Assembly: GCF_006345805.1 (NCBI RefSeq)
Contig: NC_043010.1
Span: 5,580,001 to 5,644,000 of the forward strand
Source: Octopus sinensis
Lineage: Eukaryota
DNA length: 64,000 bases
Direction: 5' to 3'
Part shown: in pieces, positions 52,600 through 64,000 of the stretch
Numbering within the stretch: position 1 is the stretch's first letter
Layout of the letters: each line of letters starts with the position of its first letter
Notes under the pieces: generated by a model
Told to the model about the DNA's origin: nothing
Databases searched by the model: none
Seen by the model: only the letters and a program-made list of their open reading frames with translations
Program-made: the position numbers and the translations under genes

Positions 52600-53281
52600 G
52601 GAGATAGTCTGACAAGGGAAAGAAACAGATCAATAGATTGATCTCAATTGATTCATCACAGTTGTGTTTACTTAAGTTTCAAAGCAAATGTGAGGCACCA
52701 TCTTCATTTAGCAAACTCTATGAAATTAAGTGCACATACATTTGCGATTCATTTACTTGCGTTGTTTTAATCATGTGCTACCAAATTTACATTGTATATA
52801 ATTTTCAGCAAAGTCTAAAAATATAAGCCACTGTCAGTTCCTGGAAATGTAATCAAGGAAAAAAAATGTTGTGTGATGTCCACCAATTTACACAATATGT
52901 TTTCTTTGCTTAGGTTTATTCAAAAGACAAAAGACAAGAGCTAATTTGGATTTTGCACAGAAGTATTTAACCTAAAATACACAAAAGTTGGTGAAGTAAC
53001 TTGGAAGAATTGTTAGAGCATCCGACAAAATGTCTTGTGGCATTTTTTCCGGCTCCTTATGTTTTCAGATCAGATCTCATCATCAATGTCAACAAAGGAA
53101 TTGAAATTTTGTCAGCAAGACTTGAAAGTTCTTTATTTAAAAAAAAAAATGTTTTTAGAACATTGCTTGCATGTTTCTTCCAGGGTTTTTTTTATTGAAG
53201 ATAAACAAATAAACTCAAGCTTTTACGTTAATCTGTCTACCATGTATGCAACAAAATTGGTTCAATGTGGAATATAGTTAC

Positions 53282-53696
53282 TCTCTCTTTACTCTCTTTA
53301 CTCTTTTACTTGTTTCAGTCATTTGACTGCGGCCATGCTGGAGCACCGCCTTTAGTCGAGCAAATCGACCCTGGGACTTATTCTTTGTAAGCCCAGTACT
53401 TATTCTATCAGTCTCTTTTGCCGAACCACTAAGTGACGGGGACGTAAACACACCAGCATTGGTTGTCAAGCAATGCTAGGGGGACAAACACAGACACACA
53501 AACACACACACACTTATATATATATACATATATACGACAGGCTTCTTTCAGTTTCCGTCTACCAAATCCACTCACAAGGCATTGGTCGGCCCGGGGCTAT
53601 AGCAGAAGACACTTGCCGAAGATGCCACGCAGTGGGACTGAACCCGGAACCATGTGGTTGGTTAGCAAGCTACTACCACACAGCCACTCCTGCACC
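53282..53696 (-). mobile_element. SINE family A, full length
   Basis: Reverse complement of the family consensus. Confidence 0.92.
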
Positions 53697-54177
53697 TAGT
53701 TGTTCACAAATGGAATCAATTGGTTTATCACAATGGCAGAAAAAAGATTTTCCAGTGCCATTTGTCAGATAATGATTGTTGTTGTCGAGATTCTGTCCCA
53801 AGTCAAAACTGTTGAGCTGGAGCCAAACCACAGCAGACTATTTCATCAAAGGCATTCCAGCCATAACCATCTGCTATTATTCTTATATGTTGAAAAAAAA
53901 AATATCACATTATCGAATTTGTACCTTTTTACAAGTGTTGAATGATGATTTGAAAGAAATTTTGTTGCCATTTTTAGCAAATTTAGCAACCATATAGGTT
54001 GCTGTTGAGTGATATCTTCTAATGGCACCAAATAAGTAACCTGAGAGAAGAGAGAAGATGAGAGAATAATTATTTCTCTTGCCCTTTCTCTCTCTCTTCT
54101 CTCTCTCTTCCTCCTGCCAAGAAAATAGCTTACTCTAAAGAAGGGTCACTCCCATAGCAAACTAACTATTCCTCTAT

Positions 54178-54410
54178 AGGGCGGCGAGCTGGCAGACACG
54201 TTAGTACACCGGGCGAGATGCATAGCCGTATTTCGTCTGCCGTTACGTTCTGAGTTCAAATTCTGCCGAGGTCGACTTTGCCTTTCATCCTTTCGGGGTC
54301 GATAAATAAAGTACCAGTTATGCACTGGGGTCAATGTAATCGACTTAATCCGTTCGTCTGTCCTTGTTCATCCCCTCTGTGTTTAGCCCCTTGTGGGTAA
54401 TAAAGAAACT
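54178..54410 (+). mobile_element. SINE family C, best-preserved copy with TSD
   Basis: gggcggcgagctggcag...gttctgagttcaaattc...; 11-bp target-site duplication tattcctctat (54167-54177, 54411-54421). Confidence 0.9.
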
Positions 54411-54899
54411 TATTCCTCTATTTCCTCATTAACCAATTTATTTTACTTTTGAACTGTTTATTTTTATTAATAATGTAGACCATCACTAGTTTCTTTGGAT
54501 CCTACTATTTACTCTGATCAAATACTGGCATCTTTATTATATCTGAAAGTCACAAATCAGTTCACTTGCCTAGTTAATGAGGCAGTTGAACCATTACAAG
54601 TCTGCAATTTTGTCTACATAGATTTCAAAGTTCTTTGAGATGTTTTTAGAACATTGCTTCTTTCGTTTTTGTTTTAGGGGTTCTTTAACACCAAACACAA
54701 ACGAATTCACAGCTTCTACCTTAATCTTTTTATCATGTTTACTACAATAAGCTTTCGTCTTGTTAACAATTTTTGGGGAAAAAAACAGTTTTAAGCATAC
54801 ATCATACAAATGATGCACTTGTAGGATTCAGAGTGGTCCATTCTGGTGCATTTGCTATGGAAGTTCAATATTCTACTACTTAGGTTTATGAAACAATTC

Positions 54900-55020
54900 T
54901 TCCAGATTGAAAGAAGAAATCAGTTTTGTTGCTCTACATAAGACAGACTCAATTAACTCATCTTGATTACACTTCAGTGGCTACATAATTCTAATAAGCT
55001 CAAGATGGTTTTTGACAATT
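54900..55020 (-). mobile_element. Possible old CR1 LINE fragment
   Basis: Minus translation ELIESVLCRATKLISSF resembles IE.VQRRATKLI. Confidence 0.35.
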
Positions 55021-55694
55021 GTCACAATAAATAATCATCCTATTTCTTTATCTAGCTTATTATAAATATTATTTACTAGGAAGGGCCAATTCTATAACTT
55101 TATTTACTTGAATAGTGGACTCATAAAGAATAGGAATATTTTTCCCTATAATTTTTACGATTACAGGAAAGCGAAATATGAAACACATCTGTCTATCATA
55201 CCAAAATTACTTATTTTATTTATTATTGCTTTTTTTTCACATATCAGTGTTGCTTCTTTTTTTTTCTTTTTAAGCATATATAATTTTTTTTTTTGTGTGT
55301 GTGCTGTTCATAAATCGGTTATCATGTTCCATGTTGCAACTACTTTATTCCAATTAAGGAGCTTAGATTTCTTTGATCAGGCAATTGCTGCTGTAATCAC
55401 AAGATTGCTAATTGTTTTCCATCTTTCAAAAGCTTACTACGCATCTATAATCAAATAATGGGATTTGCCTGGAAAAAAAACGTGTATGCACACACACACA
55501 CACACACACACACACTTATAAAATCTAGTAATGAAGAACAGATTCCATAAAAACTATACGTTGTACTTGTTCAACTTAATGTTCTAAGTTTTGCAATTGC
55601 AGTTGATTACACTACAGACAGAAATACAGTGGCAGCAACTGTTTATTACTGTAGCTATATCCCTCCTCCTTTTTCTCTTCTTCTTACAGCATTC

Positions 55695-56255
55695 ACCCGG
55701 GGTGGGTTGAGCTGGCTTCCTTCATCCTCAATGCTGTATCTCTCACAAACGCCGACCAGGCCTGGCGATTTAGGGCTAACGACCACGTGATCTCCAACCA
55801 CTCCTTATTCCAGCGACGAACACCATAGACATGGGGGCCTAGGTTGGGTTCCAGATCAGCCTTGACTGTCATCAGCCAGGTTTTTCGTTGTCCACCACAT
55901 CACTTTCGCCAACCCTGAAGGGGAGCTGGGGCAATTGCTTCGTAGGTTGGGTTCCAGATCAGCCTTGACTGTCATCAGCCAGGTTTTTCGTTGTCCACCA
56001 CATCACTTTCGCCAACCCTGAAGGGGAGCTGGGGCAATTGCTTCGTAGGTTGGGTTCCAGATCAGCCTTGACTGTCATCAGCCAGGTTTTTCGTTGTCCA
56101 CCACATCACTTTCGCCAACCCTAAAGGGGAGCTGGGGCAATTGCTTCGTAGATGAATTCTCCTGGTTGACGACGGAGGGCATGACCCAGCCAATGCAGAC
56201 GTCTCGTTAGGATGACTTGTCGGAGGGAGGTGATTCTGCTGTTTAATACTGTATC
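55695..56255 (-). mobile_element. RTE LINE 3' end (second family) with an internal 3 x 103-bp tandem repeat
   Basis: RRLHWLGHALRRQPGEFIYEAIAPAPLQGWRK*CGGQRKTWLMTVKADLEP...YGVRRWNKEWL...RQAWSAFVRD; units start at 55840, 55943 and 56046. Confidence 0.88.
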
Positions 56256-56556
56256 AGTATTATTTCAGTGAAGTCAGTGAGGTTGGATAAGTTTGCAGGC
56301 CATGGGTAGAAGAGAAATCTGAATGTTCCAAAACTACCTTTTTTGTCTGGGCAAGAGAAACAAAATTTTTAATTTATTTCTACTTGATTTCTCTCTCAAA
56401 TGAAGAGTCCACCATAACACTTCTAATCTGTCTTTTCTTTATGGCATATGAACTTCATCAGCTAGCCAGGTGCCCTCTCTATACCCAGTGTTGTGCTATA
56501 TTAATACAATAAACCAGACTCCATATTTTATAGGCTTCTATCTGTGAATTTATATA

Positions 56557-56961
56557 AGCGTAGGAGTGGCTGTGTGGTAAGTAGCTTGCTTACCAACCAC
56601 ATAGTTCCAGGTTCAGTCCCACTGCATGACACCTTGGGCAAGTGTCTTCTACTATAGCCTCAGGCCGACCAAAGCCTTGTGAGTGGATTTGGTAGAGGGA
56701 AACTGAAAGAAGCCTGTCGTATATATGCATATGTATATGTATGTATGTGTGTGTGTGTGTTTGTGTGTCTGTGTTTGTCTCCCCAACATCACTTGATAAC
56801 TGATGCTGGTATGTTTACATTCCCATAACTTAGTGGTTTGGCAAAAGAGACCAATAGAATAAGTACTAAGCTTACAAAAATAAGTCCTGGGGTCAATTTG
56901 TTCGACTAAAGGCGGTGCTCCAGCATGGCTGCAGTCAAATGACTGAAACAAGTAAAGAGTT
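56557..56961 (+). mobile_element. SINE family A, full length
   Basis: Family consensus. Confidence 0.92.
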
Positions 56962-57752
56962 AGCTCAAAAAACTTAATTGTGTATTTTCACCAAAGCAGA
57001 CATTCTCCAGTTTCTCCAAACATTATGTCTTTTACACAGGTGTTATTCTAGTAATTTGCTATTAATCTTTGACATCGTTTCAATGCTTAAATAATACACA
57101 ATGCAGTTATGAGTGTATGATAGATGCTTTCTAGGTTGACTATGCACCAACACATGTACACATAGGCTTGGGTAAATTTTTTTTCTTTTAGGAAAGACAA
57201 GCAGTTGCTTGAGTATTCAAGTCTCCCCTCTCTGTTCCACTGATGTTTATCTAAGACAAGACTCTTGACTTGGGCTGATGTACCTTGGCATCAGAGTCAT
57301 CTCAGGCATTCCTATTAGAATGCTGAGGTGGAAGAGATAATGAAAGGCATTTTACCTGACCCTTGCTTACAATTCTGTCAATCTGGATTGACAATTTTGC
57401 GACTGGAATTTTTTTCTTTATCAATCCTGAAAGGAGAGGAAAAGCAGTGTTGGGCCTGCTGGGATTTGAACTCAGAGTACAGACGACAGGAACAAATGAC
57501 ACAAGACATTCTATCTGATGTTTTAGCAACTTTGACAATTCGTTGATAGAGACAACAGTTATGAAATAGGTTTTAGGCCCTGTCAGAAATGGTAAAAATC
57601 CCTAACTAAAATATCTAACATAATTTGGTTGGTGTTTAAATTCTGCCAATATCAGTTTTGTCTTTCATCCCTCAGAAATTGAATTAGGTGTCTGACAAAT
57701 TACTTGAGTCAGTTCAGTGGAATATTATTTTACTCACTTTTACAGATTTCCT

Positions 57753-57873
<121 letters not shown>

Positions 57874-59094
57874 CTTCTTTCATTCTGTCTCTCTCCACTT
57901 CATCCCTCCTTCATTCTCTCTCTCTCCCCCACTCTCACTCTGTCTCTCTTGCATCTTTCTTCTTTTCTCTTTCTGCAAAGACAAGAGTCTAGAACTTTAA
58001 ACTCCATCATAGCATAAAACATATTCCACTGCTTGAACTTTGTATTGCTTTTTCTCTTTGTAGAGCCACCACCAGTTTCATTGTGACAGCCTTTCTATAC
58101 TTTGTTTATGAAAGGCATCAATATCACACACAACAATTTCATTTTCCTCTTAATCTGAAACAGTTTTTTCCTGCTCATAGTAACATTGCCCTTCTGTGCT
58201 GTTCTGTTATCATTGTGCAACCCCATCTCTCTGTTATTATATTACAGAACCATGACTGTTAAAATAATATATTTTCATTTGATGAATAACTTACTTGTTT
58301 CTATTTTACAGGGTCTATTTAATATACTAGGGCATCTCAGTTTTTCTAGTACATTTGACCCTGTTTAAACAACCTTATTTCTTGTTGTGCCTTTAGGGTA
58401 ATTTCCCTTTAAAACAGGAGCCCAAGAAAATTGGTGCTTGGCTTCGGTTGCTGTGTAAACAAGTATTTTTTCCTGATACTCATTAAATGTCTCATTTTAA
58501 AGACACTTGGTAAAATGTTATAATTATTGAACCAAAGTAAATATATAATTAATCATCTTAAATAAAAAAAAAAAAAAAAAGAAATAAGAAAAGCAACCTG
58601 TCTGTGCATGTGTTTCATTCTATTTTTCTTCCCTTCAGTGGTTTAGTTTTAATAAGGTTTAATTACTCTCGCTTAATCTTTACAGGCTAATCTGAATGTA
58701 GCCGGATACTATGGAGGAAAATAAAATAAAAAAAATTTTGATACAAATCTATGATAGGGGAATTGAATTTCAGAGAAATACACATTTTACTACAGGATTG
58801 TCAGGGGAAAATTTTTATTCCAGACAGTTAGTTCTGTGGAGAAAAGACTGGGACAGCTACAGTGTTTGTATAATAGGGAGGTTGGTAATGAAAACTATTG
58901 ACATAGGGAGGGAAAGTAAGGGAAACTCCAGCAACTTCTATGAGGCTTTGACACAGTTGTGTCACAGAGAGCAAAATTCTGGATGTGACTGAAGAAGAGA
59001 AACAGTTATCAAGAGCAGTTTTGCTTTTTGTATTTATTTATGTAGATTTATTCATTTATTTTAGTTGTTGTTGCAGTCGTTATTATTATTATTA

Positions 59095-59410
59095 AGGCAG
59101 CTGAGCTGGTAGAATCGTTAGCATGCATGGCAACATTCTTAGAAGCATTTTGTTCGTCATTACATTCTGAGTTCAAATTCTGCTGAGGTTGACTTTGCCT
59201 TTCATCCTTTCAGGTTTGATAAAATAAGTACCAGTTGAGTACTGGGGTTGATGTAACTGACATACACCCACCTTCAAAATTACTGGCCTTGTACCTAAAT
59301 TTGCTTTGCCTTTCAGCCTTTCGGTGTCGATAAATTAAGTACCAGTGAAACACTGGGGTTGATGTAATCAACTATCTCCTTCCCCCAAATTTCAGGCCTT
59401 CTACCTATAG
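59095..59410 (+). mobile_element. SINE family C with duplicated 3' segment
   Basis: Head at 59095; the ctttgcctttca...taccag...ctggggttgatgtaa segment occurs twice. Confidence 0.8.
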
Positions 59411-59442
59411 CAAAGAGGATTATAATTATTATTATTATTATT

Positions 59443-59999
59443 GAGTGAGAGAGCAGTTCATGCCATCAAAGTGACACTGGGGTAAAATATACGAAGCCCA
59501 ATATACCCATCATGACTACCCGTCTGATAAAGGTACACCAGGCACATGCATCACAACCATATGTGCACAACATCGTGATCTCATATCAAGATAAACAGCA
59601 CATGACCTTGCAGGTGGGGCCCAGTTAGAATTTTCTTCAGGTTGAGTAGCCCATCCCGCTCAAACGGTCCCTGAATAAGGGTTGTTTAAGGATGTTGAAA
59701 GAACCACCTACGTTTCCAGAGGTGAACTATTCAAACCCCAAAGAATCCCTCTCAACACATGGCTATGATGCTCCCCCACTACTTCTGCTCGTGATCAGAG
59801 ATGCACATATCGTCAGCCACTAAGGGACATGTTCAACTGGTTATGGTCAAACAACTGACAAGCAAATCTGTGGTATTGAGCAGAATATTTGCTTTAGCCC
59901 ATCTTTTATACCAAGACAAAACAATGTACATGATAACACTTCCAATCAGTTAAGATCAGAAGCCATGAGAGCCACTGCCTGGTACTGCATCAGGGCATC

Positions 60000-60068
<69 letters not shown>

Positions 60069-60619
60069 CATTATTTTTCAGTGTATGCCATGAAAGTGAG
60101 CCTGGGGTAAAATATACGAAGCCCAGTATACCCAACATGACTACCCATCTGATAAGGGTACACCAAGCACATGCATCACAACCATATGTGCATGACGTGG
60201 TGATCTCATATCAAGATAAACAGCACATGACCTTGCAGGTGGGGCCCAGTTAGAATTTTCTTCTGGTTGAGTAACCCATTCTGCTCAAAAGGTCCCTGAA
60301 TAAGGGTTGTTTAAAGATGTTGAACAAAACACCCATGTTTCCAGAGATGAATTATTCAAACCCCAAAGAATTCTTCTCAACACATGGCTATGATGCTCCC
60401 CCACTACTTCTGCATGTGATCAGAGATGCACATATCGTCAGCCACTAAGGGACATGCTCAACTGGTTAAGGTCAAACAACTGACAAGCAAATCTGTTATA
60501 TTGAGCAGAATATTTGTTGTAGCCCATCTTTTATACCAAGACAAAACAATGTACATGATAACACTTCCAATCAGTTAAGATCAGGAGCCATGAGAGCCTC
60601 TGCCTAGCTGCATCGGGGC

Positions 60620-60622
<3 letters not shown>
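59443..60622 (+). mobile_element. Two head-to-tail copies of a roughly 550-bp non-coding element separated and flanked by (ATT)n
   Basis: Copies 59443-60000 and 60079-60622 align along their length; each ends gcatc.gggcat followed by (ATT)n. Confidence 0.88.
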
Positions 60623-60691
<69 letters not shown>

Positions 60692-60906
60692 CATTATTGT
60701 TATTATTATTACTATTATTATGTAGGGTATTGAACTCACAACCTTATGACCATGAACTGAATATTCTAGCCAACTTCTTCTGGAAGGGGATATGTATCTG
60801 CTTGATTCTCAACTTAGCATACAATATTTCTAACATTAATATTTATATTTAGTGAATTATAAAATGCCAATAAAATATTTTGAGTATCATTATTACTAAT
60901 ATAGTT

Positions 60907-61240
60907 AGGCACATGGCTCAGTGGTTAGAGAATCGAACTTACGACAGTCAGGTTGTGAGTTCGATTCCCGTGCCAGGCTGCATGTTGTGTTCTTGAGCAA
61001 GACACTTTATTTCACATTGCTCCCGTTCACTCAGCTGTAGAAGTGAGTTGCAACGTCACTGGTGCCAAGCTGTATTGGCCTTTGCCTTTCCCTTGGATAA
61101 TATCAGTGGTGTGGAGAGGGAAAGCTGGTATGCATGGGTGATTGCCAGCCTTCCATAAACAACTTTGCCTGGACTTGTGCCTGGGAGGGTAACTTTCTAG
61201 GTGCAATCCCACAGTCATTCATGACCGAAAGGGGTCTTCG
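60907..61240 (+). mobile_element. tRNA-derived SINE family D
   Basis: ggcacatggctcagtggttagag...gagttcgattccc head, then tgtgttcttgagcaagacactttatttcacattgctcc core; relics at about 6260-6420 and 17640-17740 (-). Confidence 0.8.
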
Positions 61241-62081
61241 CAAGTTAGTAAGAAAAATCTCATTTATGTATATAAAACTATTTCATTTAAATAATACAGC
61301 TACAGACCAAAAGGAAGGTATGAAGACCACTAATTCTTGTTTCTCTACTCTTACCATAACAATGAAGTTGAGACCTTCTATACTGTTAGTGTTTGTACTG
61401 AAATTAAAATCTTGATTAAAAACCTCGTTATAACATAAATGATTAGTCAGCATTAACATAACGTATTGAAATATATAAAGTAACAAATATTCTAACTGAA
61501 TTCCTGTAGAATCTTGATCACATTAAAAATTAATTAAAATACAGACAGTAAACTCATTAGAAATTTTGCACCAGTAAGTTTTAAATTTGTTTAGTACTTA
61601 TGTTTGAGTAATTCAATAAATATTATACTAATAAGGTCAAATACATACATACACATTTAAATGCACACATTTACACACATGCACATGCGCACACATACAC
61701 ACATACACATACACATGGGGAACAGCATTTTTAAACATTACATTAAAAACAAGACAATGTCTACTTCACCCCTTTTTTATTACAGTTTATTTTATTTTGG
61801 TTGGAGGATTAGTATCTCAGGCCCTAATAGTTCAGTTGGAATAATAAAGTTCCCGAATTCACCTTTATCAACGTTGCCATAGTATATCAGCTCCATCTTC
61901 TGGTTGTGTAGTGATTTTGTCTTCAATAGTGGCCTTTTTATGAAAGGTGGTACAGAATTTCTTACCAGAATTGAACCAATAGATCATTAGAATTTTGTCT
62001 TGTTAAATTTGAATTTGTGATGTATATATCGTTTATTAACTGTAGTCTTGTTTAATTAAACTAATATAATATAAAAAAGGT

Positions 62082-62385
62082 GGAGGCGCAATGGCCCAGT
62101 GGTTAGGGCAGCAGACTCACGGTTGGAGGATCGCGGTTTTGATTCCCAGACCGGGTGTTGTGTGTGTTTATTGAGTGTAAACACCTAAAGCTCCGCGAGG
62201 CTCTGGCAGGGGGTGGGGGTGAACCTGTTGTACTCTTTCTGCCCAACTTTCTTCACTCTCTCTTCCTGTTTCTTGAGTAACACTGCGATGGACTGGTGTC
62301 TCATTCAGCTAGTGGGGAACACATACACCATAGAAACTGGGAAACCAGGCCCATGAGCCTGGCCAGGCTTGAAAAGGACATATAA
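62082..62385 (+). mobile_element. SINE family B with (TAAA)n tail
   Basis: ggaggcgcaatggcccagtggttaggg head. Confidence 0.85.
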
Positions 62386-62539
62386 ATAAATAAATAAATA
62401 TAAAAAAGAAAACGTGATTGAAAGAGCATTATAAATGTTAATAATAAACTCCTAATCATATTTCGAGTGAAAGCATAGAAAATAGATATCTACAAAAGAG
62501 GTACTAAATACTCAACAAAAGGAGCAAAGAAGCCATATA

Positions 62540-62730
62540 TGATTTTAAAATGTAGTGCATCTCCAGAGACTTCAGCATTGCATTTATCTCAATACCGTCA
62601 AAGGCAATTTTGTAATCAACAAAGGCAATGCAAAGAGATTATTTATGTTTTATCCCTCATTCTAGAAACTGTGTTAGAGTGAAAATGTGGTCTATTATGC
62701 TGTAGTGCCTCCAAAAATCTTTGGATTGAA
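62540..62730 (-). mobile_element. LINE RT fragment (RTE-like)
   Basis: IIDHIFTLTQFLE...SLCIAFVDYKIAFDGIEINAMLKSL resembles TIDHIFTL.QL.EK...LCIAFVDY.KAFDSVE. Confidence 0.8.
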
Positions 62731-63517
62731 ATGTGTGTGTGCATGTTTGTGTGTATATTTATACTCTTCCTTCTGAAGTTAGGATGAATGCTCAGAGAAT
62801 TTAAACTTACATTATTTCATATACAAGCAATAACACAAAGGTTTACCCATATCCTCCACTATCTTATTTGTAAGGTTCAAATATGAACTCTTTGGATATC
62901 AACGTACCTATCTATGAACAACTATTACAAAGGACTACTCAGATTCACCCCATCTGTGACGTTAGAGTATGAACTTTCAGAATATCTATCTATCTATGAT
63001 TTTCCTGCTTTTCTACCTCGTTATATTTATACCCACTTCTGTATAACTTTTATAAATGCCTTGATGCTATTAACAACTACCTACTTATTTTTTACTTTTT
63101 AATATATTTAGCTGCATATACAGCTATAACATATAGATGCATATGCTTCTACAGCAGGGGTTCTTAACTGAGAATATAGAAATGAAAGGCTTGGAGGCTG
63201 GGATCTGATCTCTAGTAACATGTCGGATTTAATAATGGTATTCAATAATTATACTGAATAAATGATAATTTTGGGGAATTCATATGATCATTATTTTTTG
63301 ATATAATTGCAAAACTGCTTCCCAGTATTTAGCTAAATGATATGTCGTTATGACTGTGTTTAAATTGCTTATCATTTTTATGGTCCATTCAAACATTTTC
63401 ACTGCAGGTGATATCTTCCAGTTCATTCATTTATATTTTCTCGTTAGATAATTGTATCGTTATGGTATAAGATCAAATGGGAATTACACATTCCATTTAA
63501 AAAAGCATTCTTTTCTA

Positions 63518-63731
63518 TTTGATCCTCTTTTACTTGTTCCAGTCATTGGATTGCAGCCATGGTGGGGAACCAGTTGAAAAGGGTTTAGTCATGCAGATTA
63601 ACCCCAGTACTTATATTTTTTATAGTCTGGTATATAATGTCAGTCTCTTTTGCCAAACTACTAAGATGTGTGGATGGGGGAGTAAACTAACCAATACAGG
63701 CTGTAAAGCAGTGTTGGAGGACTAACACACA

Positions 63732-63791
<60 letters not shown>

Positions 63792-63895
63792 GCACATGAC
63801 GGGCTTCAACACAGCTTCTGTCTACCAAATTCATTCACACTAAATGTTTGGGCTATAGTAGAAAACATCTATCCAGGTTTGAACCTGAAACCATG
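63518..63895 (-). mobile_element. SINE family A, diverged
   Basis: Tail, internal (CA)n and partial head on the minus strand. Confidence 0.75.
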
Positions 63896-64000
63896 AGTTT
63901 ATATTGAACTTATTATGTGGTGTTAGTTCATTTTTATCTTTACTTTGCTTTCTTTCAAAGTTATTTATCTTCATGCGAAATATCCCAGAAATAATCATAG

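Noticed and set aside
55840-56148. Regular direct repeats resembling a CRISPR array
   Set aside because: No unique spacers; the unit is RTE coding sequence in a eukaryotic context.
58711-58992. 93-aa non-repetitive ORF (MEENKIKK...)
   Set aside because: No recognisable motif; the length is within chance expectation.

Overview
AT-rich, microsatellite-saturated animal genomic DNA. The SINE families resemble those I recall from Octopus, so the cephalopod assignment is inference, not a search result. No intact or recognisable host protein-coding gene is visible. Nearly all ORFs in the track are translations of simple repeats or SINEs. The window is intronic or intergenic and built mostly from mobile DNA: about 20 copies of a tRNA-derived SINE with an internal (TA)n(TG)n tract (family A), three other tRNA-SINE families (B, C, D), RTE and CR1 LINE fragments, a mariner, two maT/DD37D-type Tc1-mariner relics, Tc1-type and piggyBac-type MITEs, and an (ATT)n-embedded element. 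The most notable signal is a coherent Penelope-like element (PLE) signature. There are two decayed GIY-YIG ORF fragments and six long inverted-repeat (foldback) insertions from five unrelated families, sitting in TA-rich microsatellites. In three of these the palindrome centre coincides with a hammerhead ribozyme fold. One is an apparently intact type I hammerhead (14364-14436). One has the catalytic C3-G8 pair swapped to G3-C8 (51024-51136). One is folded back through stem II (5189-5364). PLE hammerheads are known in general, so the possible novelty lies in these specific variants and their density. Also notable is a chimeric SINE/RTE insertion flanked by a 99-bp direct duplication. Coordinates were read by eye; ends of diverged elements may be off by 5-20 bp.
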